64,000 nucleotides of DNA from Pseudomonadota bacterium. Lineage in GTDB: Bacteria; Pseudomonadota; Alphaproteobacteria; Paracaedibacterales; CAIOTO01. The first letter of the stretch is position 1; the number at the start of each line of letters is the position of its first letter. The stretch is taken from assembly GCA_040387495.1 (NCBI GenBank), contig JAZKDQ010000004.1:1-64000 (forward strand). The letters are read 5' to 3'. A program made the translations under genes and the position numbers. Below, in pieces: positions 1 through 9,723 of the stretch. The notes under the pieces were generated by a model. That model had not been told where the DNA came from. It ran no database searches and saw only the letters and a list, made by a program, of their open reading frames with translations.

Positions 1-325
1 ACTCCAACCGTCAACACCTTTTTCGCCTCAAAGATGCTTTTTTTTAATCTTTTCCACGTGACATCAAAAAAACAAGATTACTGCTCTTCTGAAGACAGGA
101 TGTTACGTTTTTTAGTGCGTAAATGGAGCAAAAAGAACATGTCATTATTAGGCGCCCATGTAAAGTCTTGCGCATAAAGAGCTCTAACAGCAGAAACCAA
201 AGAAAAACCATGACAAAATCAATTGCATATTCAAAATCACCACCCCCCACATGCAAACAATTGTGTTTTTCGCATCAAAATGGCAAACTCCACACATACA
301 TATATATGAAGCGATAAAAACAAAC

Positions 326-1603
326 ATGACCACTACAGCAAAGCAACGTAAAACGGCACATACAAGTAAAGTCGCTAACGGTTATCTCGTCTGGGCATCT
401 GTTGCTTTGTTTTTCTTTTATCAATATATCTTACGTGTTTATCCAAGCGTTATGGTGAATGAACTGAGATTTGATTACGCCCTGACGGCAGAGCAGTTTT
501 CCTATTTCGGTGCATTCAATTTATATGCCTACTCGCTGCTTCAAATTCCGGTTGGTTTGTTGGTTGATAAATATGGCGTAAAACGCATTGCCTTAATATC
601 AATCGCCCTATGTTTAGGTGCCACTGTTCTTGCATCGTTCACACACAACCTATATTTAGCATATCTTAGTCGTATCTTGATGGGCGCGGGGTCTGCTTGT
701 GCATTTATGTGTACATTAAAGGCTGTTGTTGATTATCTTCCTGAAAAAGGAAGAGGCGTCTGGATGGGAGCAACACTAACCCTCGGCGTTGCAGGTGCTT
801 TGACCGCAGGAAAACCTTTTAGTCTCGCTATGGATATTTTTGGCTGGCGACATGCACTATTGTTAACGACGATTATTGGTGCGTCCATTTTTATTTTAGT
901 CTTTATTGTGTTTCCGCGTAAGAAAAACATCGCTCAGACAGCTGCGGAAAAAACCACAGCAAAGGACATTTTTGCAGGAATTCGCGCGATTCTGGCAACG
1001 CGCATGGTTTTAATTTATGCATTTCTTGCCGTAGGGCTTTATACACCCCTATCTGTAATGGCCGACCTATGGGGGGTTGCCTATATCATGTCAAAATTCA
1101 ATATCGAACGATCAAGCGCAGCAGAAGTTAGCATGATGCTGTCGGTTGGTCTTTGCATCGGCAGCCTTGCCCTGCCCTACATTGCAGAAAAATATAATGC
1201 ACTTAATAAAACGATACGTATTTGCATTTTTGGTATTTTCACAACATTGTGCGGGATCTTGTTCTTGCCGAACCTTGGGACATGGGAAATTTCAACGTTG
1301 TTTCTATTGTTGGGTCTTTTCTGTGGCGCAGAAATGCTGTGTTTCACTGGCATTGTCCGCTATGCGCCTGCTGGTAAAACTGGTGTGACATTTGGCATTA
1401 CGAATACAGCCAATATGCTTGGCGGTGCGGTGGCACAGCAGATTATTGGGTTTGCACTCGATCGATTTCTTTGGAATGGCACTCTAGATACACACGGACA
1501 TCGCCTATATACTAATAATGACTACACGTTAGCATTGTCGTCACTCGTTGTAATTATTGTGGCATGTTGCTGGGTATCGAGTAAGCTGCCGAAGAAGACA
1601 TAA
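326..1603 (+). CDS. MFS transporter
   Basis: About 12 hydrophobic segments and MFS motif A (GLLVDKYGVKR). The ORF is open from 251; ATG 326 is the more plausible start. Confidence 0.9.
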   Translation: MTTTAKQRKTAHTSKVANGYLVWASVALFFFYQYILRVYPSVMVNELRFDYALTAEQFSYFGAFNLYAYSLLQIPVGLLVDKYGVKRIALISIALCLGATVLASFTHNLYLAYLSRILMGAGSACAFMCTLKAVVDYLPEKGRGVWMGATLTLGVAGALTAGKPFSLAMDIFGWRHALLLTTIIGASIFILVFIVFPRKKNIAQTAAEKTTAKDIFAGIRAILATRMVLIYAFLAVGLYTPLSVMADLWGVAYIMSKFNIERSSAAEVSMMLSVGLCIGSLALPYIAEKYNALNKTIRICIFGIFTTLCGILFLPNLGTWEISTLFLLLGLFCGAEMLCFTGIVRYAPAGKTGVTFGITNTANMLGGAVAQQIIGFALDRFLWNGTLDTHGHRLYTNNDYTLALSSLVVIIVACCWVSSKLPKKT

Positions 1604-1666
1604 AGAAAGATCAACGGCGAGCATGGACGCGCCCAGGATAGCAAGTTAGCTTGATGTAAACATGTC

Positions 1667-2443
1667 TTACAAAAGGTCTGGGTTTATTTCAGTAAGATTT
1701 GCTTGTGGATTCTTTTGACGAATTATGCGCCCTAAATAATGGGCAAGGTGGTTTTGATTATTACGTAATGCAATAGTGTAGGCTTCTATCAATGGGTCTG
1801 TGTTATAGATTGAAACATTAACTGTTCTGGGAATAAATCGGATAGGAAATAAACAGCTTCCCACACCGATTATTCCGCTTGTTTGAAATAAAATTTCATA
1901 GGCATCGAATCCATCATACATGATAATTCGGCACACATTTAACGCAGCTAAAGTTGTAAGCACTTTAGATTGATATTTATTCGTTAAAAATTTTTGCCAT
2001 GGACTTAATTTATTAAACGCAATCTCATGACGTATATTTTCAAATAAATTATCACGTGCACAAATATCAGAAAGAATTGTTACAGATTCAATACAACCCC
2101 TTTCTGCAGCTTTGTTTAAAAGAGATTTATAAAAAGTTTGTGAAGGGACCACCTGAATCATTAAATCTTCTGGTGAAAGGCGTGAAATAACACGAGGATA
2201 GCCACTCTCACTAGCAAAGGATAATTTTTCTTCAATGTATGTTTTTAATTCGCTAAAATCATACGTGTTTTTTATTTTCTTATTGATTTCAATAAGAAGT
2301 TCATCTTGTTCTGCTTTCTTAAGATCTACAGCATGAAGTAAACTCACACTTTGGGCTTCAGGTAAATCTTGCGACCTGTTTGTAGCAGAATTTATTTGAG
2401 TTGAAACAAAAGTGATAAATAAAATAGTTTTAACAAACATCAT
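1667..2443 (-). CDS. Orphan putative secreted protein with ankyrin-like helices and a hydrophobic hairpin
   Basis: N-terminal hydrophobic leader; LLNKAAERGCIESVTIL and AYTIALRNNQNHLAHYL resemble ankyrin repeats. Confidence 0.6.
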   Translation of the reverse strand: MMFVKTILFITFVSTQINSATNRSQDLPEAQSVSLLHAVDLKKAEQDELLIEINKKIKNTYDFSELKTYIEEKLSFASESGYPRVISRLSPEDLMIQVVPSQTFYKSLLNKAAERGCIESVTILSDICARDNLFENIRHEIAFNKLSPWQKFLTNKYQSKVLTTLAALNVCRIIMYDGFDAYEILFQTSGIIGVGSCLFPIRFIPRTVNVSIYNTDPLIEAYTIALRNNQNHLAHYLGRIIRQKNPQANLTEINPDLL

Positions 2444-2599
2444 GACGATCTCCTGCGATAATAACTTATTTTGGCATATTTTTAATAAAATACAATACTT
2501 TTAACTCTAAAACGTTTCATTTTATGTTTTAAAGGATAAATTCATTGTCTCCGCTTTCCCTTTTACGGTAGTATGACTCGTTAGAATGGGGATAATATA

Positions 2600-4042
2600 A
2601 TGCTAGACGATCTAAAAAAACACTTTAAGAATGCAAATGTATTGTGCATTGGTGACGTAATGGTCGACCGTTTTGTGTATGGCAAAGTAGATCGTATTTC
2701 GCCTGAATCGCCCGTGCCCGTTTTACAAATCCAACGAAATTTTACCGTTCTTGGCGGTGCTGGAAACGTTGCACGCAATATATTATCGCTTGGTGCCCGC
2801 TGTCATTTATTGACCGTATCGGGTGATGATACCATCGCTGACGAACTAGCATCATTGTTCTTACAAGAAAACAAACTCAACGCTTTTGTTATACGTGACA
2901 TAATGCGCAGCACAACCTGCAAAACACGTTTCGTTTCGAATGGCCAACAAATGCTGCGCGTCGATGACGAAGTAACAAGCCCCATTTCAGAGATCATCCA
3001 AAGTCAGCTTATCGAAGAATTCACAAAAGTTCTCTCAGTGGCAAAAGTTGTGATCCTATCCGATTACGCAAAAGGAATCTTTAACGAAGATTTTTGCCAA
3101 GTACTCATTCAAATTGCAAAAGCGGCTGGTGCTTTTGTTGTCATCGATCCCAAAGGTAAAAGTTATGATCGGTACCGCGGTGCGACTCTTTTAACACCCA
3201 ATGTAAAGGAACTTGCTGAAGCCGTAACGCATCCACTTGTCACACAAAAGGACATTGTAAATGCGGCACAAGATATGTGTAAACGTTATGATATTTCAGC
3301 AATATTGGTAACACAAGGTGCCGGCGGCATGACCCTTGTAACCGAATCAGAATCCCAGCATATCGAAACAGAAGCAAAAGAAGTTTTTGACGTTTCTGGT
3401 GCAGGCGATACAGTTGTCGCCACCCTATCAATTGCTCTAGCATCACAATTATCCCTTGGCGAAGCTGCTATTTTAGCGAACAAAGCTGCAGGCATTGCCG
3501 TTGGAAAAGTTGGCACAGCGACCGTTTCATCCGATGAATTACAAGCCGTTTACCATCACAACAACATGCTGCATGATGAAACAAAAATATACACCAAGCA
3601 AACAGCACTTGAAGCCGTCAAAACATGGCGCCGCCAAGGTGTTACGATTGGCTTTACCAATGGATGTTTCGACTTGCTTCATTTGGGTCATCTGCATATT
3701 TTAAAAGAATCCGCAGCAGCCTGTGATCGCCTGATTGTAGGGATTAATTCAGATGCATCCGTGCGTCGTTTAAAGGGTGATTCACGTCCAATTCAAGACG
3801 AAGAAACACGCTCAAATATACTGGCATCACTTAACTTTGTAGATGCTGTTGTCATTTTTGATGAAGGAACCCCGTTAGAATTGATTGAATTATTCGAACC
3901 AGATGTGCTAATAAAGGGTGCAGACTATACAGTTGATCGAGTTGTCGGCGCCCCACTTGTGCAAGCACGCGGTGGAAAAGTTGTATTGGTGGATTTAATG
4001 CAGGGACATAGCACGACCGCGACCGTCAAACGAATGGCTTAA
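2600..4042 (+). CDS. hldE: Bifunctional D-glycero-beta-D-manno-heptose-7-phosphate kinase / heptose-1-phosphate adenylyltransferase
   Basis: Ribokinase-family N-domain (GDVMVDRFVYG, RISPESPVPV, DVSGAGDT) fused to a cytidylyltransferase-like domain (FTNGCFDLLHLGH, KGADY). Confidence 0.97.
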   Translation: MLDDLKKHFKNANVLCIGDVMVDRFVYGKVDRISPESPVPVLQIQRNFTVLGGAGNVARNILSLGARCHLLTVSGDDTIADELASLFLQENKLNAFVIRDIMRSTTCKTRFVSNGQQMLRVDDEVTSPISEIIQSQLIEEFTKVLSVAKVVILSDYAKGIFNEDFCQVLIQIAKAAGAFVVIDPKGKSYDRYRGATLLTPNVKELAEAVTHPLVTQKDIVNAAQDMCKRYDISAILVTQGAGGMTLVTESESQHIETEAKEVFDVSGAGDTVVATLSIALASQLSLGEAAILANKAAGIAVGKVGTATVSSDELQAVYHHNNMLHDETKIYTKQTALEAVKTWRRQGVTIGFTNGCFDLLHLGHLHILKESAAACDRLIVGINSDASVRRLKGDSRPIQDEETRSNILASLNFVDAVVIFDEGTPLELIELFEPDVLIKGADYTVDRVVGAPLVQARGGKVVLVDLMQGHSTTATVKRMA

Positions 4043-4186
4043 ACACTAATAAGTTAAAATTCAACGCATAAAGAACAAAAATATGCTTTGAGTCAAACTG
4101 GAAATACAATAAAAAAGTAATTTTAATTATTTATTAATAATTTACAAGCTATATTTATTTTATGGTTTGTTATTATTGGCTCGCAA

Positions 4187-6463
4187 ATGATTATAAAATT
4201 ATTTAAAATAACTGCGACTTTTATATTGCTTGCAAATGTGATGGATATAACAAGCACACGTGCGTTTAGTGCTGCAGCAAGAACCCAAGCCTTACAAACA
4301 AACATGGCTGGCTCATACAACACCACGATTAAAGGTTCACACCCCGGAATTGCGTATATCAAAAATCAATACCTCAAGCGCCTTGCTGCCTTTAATAACG
4401 ATCCAGGAACAACCAGTGATAACTCACCTCAAACTGCTAAAATCCTCGCCCACCTCATAGATCCTAATAAGATTGATACGCATTATGCAAGTTTGGATGA
4501 TAAAGAAAATATTGTAAAAGCAGTAGCAGCCACACAATTTATTCACAATAATACTAAAAAATTAAATATTCCTGTCTTACAGAAAAGTGATAAGAATCAT
4601 GAACACTTTCAAGTACTGTCAGCCATAGAAGCTTTGTCACAAATAATGACTACTAATCTTCTTAATGTTTATGGAAAAAAAGAGTTAAATGAAGATAGCT
4701 TAGATAAAAATTGGTCACTCTATCCAGCTCTTGAGGATCTTGGTGGAATAACTAAAGCGCAGTTTGCAAAATGGTTTAAAGAAACACTTTCTGACCATAA
4801 TTTGCATGTAGGATATCAATCAGAAGAAAACAAACAGCTTAAAGAAAAATTAAAAAAACAAGCAGAAGAATTAAAAAAGGCAAAAGAGAGCTCATTTATT
4901 CCCATAAATTCAGGTGGCACTTCTACATCTCAAGTCAGCTATACCACACCAGAATTTACACAGAGTGACGATCCAGATGAGATTGAGGCAATTAAAGCAG
5001 CTATTGAAAAAGTACGTTATGCAAAAAAACAAGAAACTAAGATTGATACTCATATAACCTATTTTCTAGCAGGAATTGCAAATTTTGATGAAGATAAATT
5101 AAAAGAAAATTGGCTATCGTTAAGTAGCATGCTTAATAGCGTTACCGGCGCACATTGTAAAAAATTCTTAAAAAAAATATTAGATGGTGTTTCTAACCTC
5201 CAAAAGGAACGCGGAACAGAAGCAGTTCTTAGCAGAAATATCATTAATTTTCATGAACTCTTAGCTTTGGCAAGAGGAGGGGAAATCCCAACAGCTATGA
5301 TGGCAATACGCCAAGCAGAAACGAAAATGACACGCGAAGCTGCTTTAAATGAGCAAACGCTTATCCTCAAATCTCTCTTTAACAAAGAATTTGATGAAAT
5401 CCAAGAAGACATTAAAAATAGAGGAGACCTTCCACAATCGTATTATATATCATTTATTGATGAATCTCAGATAAACTATGTAACAAGTAGCGATGAAGTA
5501 ATGAGAAAAAAAGGAAAGGAACTAATACAGAATATATCAGAAATGCTAATCTATTCTGATATGAAATCACTATGTTTAATAAAATACTTTATTTTAAGAA
5601 CAATGAAGAATAACGATAAATATTCAGACGAACAGTATATGGTTTTGGTTGATTTTATTCGTGAAATAGATAAAAAGTTTAAAGAGCTGAGAAAAGGATC
5701 TATAGTTTCTGTGTTTGATGGTAATAGTTTGAGTTTCCCAGGTATTAAATCTCTAGAAGATGGTATTTCTGGAATGGATGCCAAATTCGCAGAAGAGTAT
5801 AGACCTCAGTGGATGAAAGATTTAATTGCTTCAATCGCAGAAAAAGAAAAGGAAAAGAAAGCGAAAAAAGCAAGAGATGCAAAAATTGAGTCTGATAGAC
5901 TTGAATTAGCAGGAGAAAACGCTGTGTTCGATATTCTTTCTAGTATGAAAAATGCTAGCACATACAATTACAAAACGAAAACAGCAGCAACACCTGAATC
6001 TGTTTTTTCTGCTGCGGAAACAGCTAAAGGCTCAAATGGATCTGCGACAGCCACCAAAATAGTGAAGATATTAAAGGATAAACTGAGAGCAGAAGAAAAC
6101 ACAACAATAGAGGAATTAATAAATTTAGTTGAGTTTGAGAAAAATAAAATAGCACCTGGAATTGCAGCAAAGCAAATATTAAAAGCAATGAATATAAAAA
6201 TGGCAGCGATGAATAATCCCACAATCACAGATTTGATGAAGGATGTAAAAAGTTGTGTTGATAGAAATGGTTCAGATGAGGCTAAAGAATTACACAAGCA
6301 ATTAACTGAGGCAGCAGTAGCTACAGATGCTTCGGTGGAATCACTATTAGGAATTGTACAGACGGCTACAGCTTTAGAAGCCACACAAAAAGCTGCGGCT
6401 CCCAGTCGGCCAAACATGAGTTCAATGTTAGCAGGAGGACGTTTAAAAAAGTCTGGCACTTAA
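4187..6463 (+). CDS. Large orphan putative secreted helical protein with C-terminal WH2-like motif
   Basis: 758-aa uninterrupted AT-rich ORF with an N-terminal leader and coiled-coil stretches; ends SRPNMSSMLAGGRLKKSGT. Confidence 0.7.
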   Translation: MIIKLFKITATFILLANVMDITSTRAFSAAARTQALQTNMAGSYNTTIKGSHPGIAYIKNQYLKRLAAFNNDPGTTSDNSPQTAKILAHLIDPNKIDTHYASLDDKENIVKAVAATQFIHNNTKKLNIPVLQKSDKNHEHFQVLSAIEALSQIMTTNLLNVYGKKELNEDSLDKNWSLYPALEDLGGITKAQFAKWFKETLSDHNLHVGYQSEENKQLKEKLKKQAEELKKAKESSFIPINSGGTSTSQVSYTTPEFTQSDDPDEIEAIKAAIEKVRYAKKQETKIDTHITYFLAGIANFDEDKLKENWLSLSSMLNSVTGAHCKKFLKKILDGVSNLQKERGTEAVLSRNIINFHELLALARGGEIPTAMMAIRQAETKMTREAALNEQTLILKSLFNKEFDEIQEDIKNRGDLPQSYYISFIDESQINYVTSSDEVMRKKGKELIQNISEMLIYSDMKSLCLIKYFILRTMKNNDKYSDEQYMVLVDFIREIDKKFKELRKGSIVSVFDGNSLSFPGIKSLEDGISGMDAKFAEEYRPQWMKDLIASIAEKEKEKKAKKARDAKIESDRLELAGENAVFDILSSMKNASTYNYKTKTAATPESVFSAAETAKGSNGSATATKIVKILKDKLRAEENTTIEELINLVEFEKNKIAPGIAAKQILKAMNIKMAAMNNPTITDLMKDVKSCVDRNGSDEAKELHKQLTEAAVATDASVESLLGIVQTATALEATQKAAAPSRPNMSSMLAGGRLKKSGT

Positions 6464-9400
6464 ACATTCGTCACAAGCGACGCATTCCCACCGGCTGCCG
6501 TCGTGTCTTGTGTATAAACCCGTTCGGTCACAAACTTCAGCAAATAGTTTGGGCCGCCTGCTTTAAAACCAGTGCCAGACATCCCTTCCCCGCCAAATGG
6601 TTGCACACCAACCACGGCGCCAATCATGTTTCGGTTCACATATAGGTTGCCCACATGTGCACGCGCAGCAACCATCTGCATGGTTGATTCCAAACGCGTA
6701 TGCAAGCCCAACGTCAAACCGTACCCCATAGCATTGATGTCGTTAATGACCTGATCAAGATATTCACCGCGATAACGTACCACATGCAACACTGGGCCAA
6801 AGACCTCTACATTCATATCAGACACTTTACCAAGCTGAAATATAATGGGAGCAACAAAATTGCCTACAAGGTCGGGCGATAATGGGTATTCATATAAACA
6901 ACGTGCACGATCAGGTGCGGCTTTAAGCTCTGTACAATACGCATTTAACTCATCTTTCGCCGCCGCATCAATTACAGGCCCAATATCTGTTGATAACTCA
7001 TTAGGCAGGCCCACTTTCAGTTCAGCCATCGCACCAACAATCATTTCAATCATTGAATCAGCAACATCATTTTGCACAACCAAAAGCCTTAAAGCGGAAC
7101 AACGTTGCCCTGCGCTTTGAAATGCTGACGCAATAACATCCGCCACAACTTGTTCTGCAAGCGCGGATGAATCAACAATCATGGCATTAATGCCACCTGT
7201 TTCCGCAAGAAAAGGAATAATCGCCCCTGCCCGCTTTGCAAGCTGTTGATTAATAAAACGTGCAGTTTCGGTTGAACCAGTAAATGCCACACCAGCGACT
7301 TTTGGATGCGCCAACACGATATTTGAAATCTTTTGACCAGACACATTTGCCAGCAAAAGCACACCTTTTGGGATACCCGCTGCATAGGCCATATCAACTA
7401 CCATTTTGGCAATTCCAGACGTTTGCATAGCTGGTTTTGCAATAACACAATTCCCCGTCACAAGGGCTGCAACGGCTTGTCCGATAAAGATTGCTAACGG
7501 GAAATTCCAAGGGCTAATACTTACAAAAACACCACGCGGATGATAGCTTAGTAAATTTACTTCGCCTGTAGGCCCCGGCATAAGCTGTGCAGATCGCTGT
7601 AGTTTTAATGCATTGGCAGCATAATAGTGGCAAAAATCAATGGCTTCTCGTACTTCACTTATCGCATCAGGTAATGTTTTCTTACTCTCATTCACCAGCA
7701 TATTAATAAGTGTGCCCATGTTTTCTTGCATGATATTGCCAAGGGTATGTACCATGCGCGCGCGATCGTCGACAGAAGTTTTTGCCCATCCTTCTGTATG
7801 AGAATAAGATGTATCAACCAAACGATAGAGTGCATTATCTTGTGCAGCATCATGCTCAGCAGTAGGCAAAGCCATATCCGTCGGCATATCTGCTTGAATC
7901 GCCTCATTGAGTTTCGCTAACTCACCTTCTGAACATAAGTCAATTCCCATTGAATTTGTGCGATCATTAAAAAGCTGCACAGGTAAGCCAATCTTTGAAT
8001 GCGGCATTCCGCCACTTTCACGTGCCAATTGCACAGGATCGATAATCATGCGGTCAATTGAAATGTGATGATCATGAATTTGTTTTACAAAAGATGAATT
8101 CGCTCCATTTTCAAGCAAGCGTCGCACTAAATACGCTAGCAAATCACGATAATTGCCAACGGGTGCATACACACGGCATGGATAGCGGTATGAATAATGC
8201 AAAGCACCATCTTCGCTTTCGGATATATGTTCATAAAGATCTTCGCCCATACCATGCAAACGCTGAAATTCCAAATCTGTCACACTATGCGTCGCAGCTA
8301 ATTCAGCAATCGCTGCAACCGTAAAGGCATTATGCGTTGCGAACTGTGGGTAAATTACATCCGTTGATTGCAGCATCTCCTTAGCAGCAGCTAAGTACGA
8401 TACATCCGTGTGATGCTTTTGCGTAAACACAGGATAATCTGACAAACCTTGGACTTGTGCATATTTGATTTCTGAATCCCAATAAGCACCCTTTACCAAA
8501 CGTACTGGAATCCGTCGTTTATGCGCGCGCGCAAGTGCAATTACCCAGCGCACCGTAAACAAGGCACGTTTTTGATATGCTTGCACAGCAAGGCCGAAGC
8601 CTTCCCACTCTTGTAAAGCGGGGTCTGCATAGACTTTGTTAAACACCTCAAGCGACAAGGTCAAACGATTAGCTTCTTCTGCATCGATCGTAAGGCCAAT
8701 ATTATGTTCTTTAGCAAGCTTTGCTAATTCCAGCACGCGGGGAACAAGTTCACCCAACACGCGCTTACGTTGTGCAACTTCATACCGGGGATGTAGCGCT
8801 GATAATTTTACGGATAGGCTTGGCTTTGAAAAAACACTTTCTTTCTTGGGATCATCCTTACAGCTCTCACCAATTTCGATACAAGCCGCTTTATAATGTT
8901 CAAAATAACGATTGGCATCCGCTTTTGTTTTCGCTGCTTCGCCGAGCATGTCATAGGAATGACGACGATGATTCTTTTCTGATTCTGCCGCACGGCCCAA
9001 TGCTTTTTTTATGGTTTCTCCCATTACAAATTGCTGCGCGATAATCTTGACCGCTTGCGCCATAATTTGGCGAATCAGCGGCTCACCAAAACGCCTGACA
9101 AGTGATGCAACAAGGCTTAACGGCCCTTTTTGATGGCCAATAGATAAAAACCTGCCCGTGGTAAATAAGCCCAAGTTCGCAAATTTCTTAAGAAATAAAT
9201 CTTCTTCATGATTCTGCCACGAACCAGACGCAACTTTATCGCGAATCAATTGTGTTTTTGTGTGTGCATCCGGAATACGCAGCAATGCCTCAGCAAGACA
9301 CATCAGCGCCAGGCCTTCTTGGCTATTTAAGTTATGTGTTTTTAGAAAGCTCTCGATGCTAAGCTGCTTAAGTTTGCTATTGCGTAAATGCAAAATCAGC

Positions 9401-9591
9401 GCACGTGCATTTTCTTGAATGCGGTGCACTTGCTCATACGAATACATAGGCTTTGCAAGCAAAGCATTAACAATGTCAGGTTCTGGCTGACGTGTTGTGT
9501 TTAAGATATCGTGCCATAGCAGTTCGAGCTCTTGTGTAGTTTGTGAAAACGGTGTGTTTTCATCTGTCGCCCAAATCATGTATAGCCTCAC
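6460..9591 (-). CDS. putA: Bifunctional proline dehydrogenase / L-glutamate gamma-semialdehyde dehydrogenase
   Basis: PRODH motifs SYDMLGEAA, RLVKGAYWDSEIK, YLVRRLLENGANSSF; ALDH motifs ISPWNFPLAIF, AFQSAGQRCSA, EVFGP. Confidence 0.97.
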   Translation of the reverse strand: MRLYMIWATDENTPFSQTTQELELLWHDILNTTRQPEPDIVNALLAKPMYSYEQVHRIQENARALILHLRNSKLKQLSIESFLKTHNLNSQEGLALMCLAEALLRIPDAHTKTQLIRDKVASGSWQNHEEDLFLKKFANLGLFTTGRFLSIGHQKGPLSLVASLVRRFGEPLIRQIMAQAVKIIAQQFVMGETIKKALGRAAESEKNHRRHSYDMLGEAAKTKADANRYFEHYKAACIEIGESCKDDPKKESVFSKPSLSVKLSALHPRYEVAQRKRVLGELVPRVLELAKLAKEHNIGLTIDAEEANRLTLSLEVFNKVYADPALQEWEGFGLAVQAYQKRALFTVRWVIALARAHKRRIPVRLVKGAYWDSEIKYAQVQGLSDYPVFTQKHHTDVSYLAAAKEMLQSTDVIYPQFATHNAFTVAAIAELAATHSVTDLEFQRLHGMGEDLYEHISESEDGALHYSYRYPCRVYAPVGNYRDLLAYLVRRLLENGANSSFVKQIHDHHISIDRMIIDPVQLARESGGMPHSKIGLPVQLFNDRTNSMGIDLCSEGELAKLNEAIQADMPTDMALPTAEHDAAQDNALYRLVDTSYSHTEGWAKTSVDDRARMVHTLGNIMQENMGTLINMLVNESKKTLPDAISEVREAIDFCHYYAANALKLQRSAQLMPGPTGEVNLLSYHPRGVFVSISPWNFPLAIFIGQAVAALVTGNCVIAKPAMQTSGIAKMVVDMAYAAGIPKGVLLLANVSGQKISNIVLAHPKVAGVAFTGSTETARFINQQLAKRAGAIIPFLAETGGINAMIVDSSALAEQVVADVIASAFQSAGQRCSALRLLVVQNDVADSMIEMIVGAMAELKVGLPNELSTDIGPVIDAAAKDELNAYCTELKAAPDRARCLYEYPLSPDLVGNFVAPIIFQLGKVSDMNVEVFGPVLHVVRYRGEYLDQVINDINAMGYGLTLGLHTRLESTMQMVAARAHVGNLYVNRNMIGAVVGVQPFGGEGMSGTGFKAGGPNYLLKFVTERVYTQDTTAAGGNASLVTNV

Positions 9592-9723
9592 TTTTATATA
9601 ACTCTTTGATTTTAGTAAATTTGCAAGGAAAATTCAATCAAATAGGGCCGCGTTGAGTGATGAAAACAAAATAAAAAGAGGCGCACACTGCACGCCCCAG
9701 TAAAATACACTAAACTCATCTAT

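Noticed and set aside
5968..6459. Antisense ORF 5968..6459 and the many other short ORFs overlapping long genes
   Set aside because: They lie entirely within better-supported CDSs and show no recognisable motifs.
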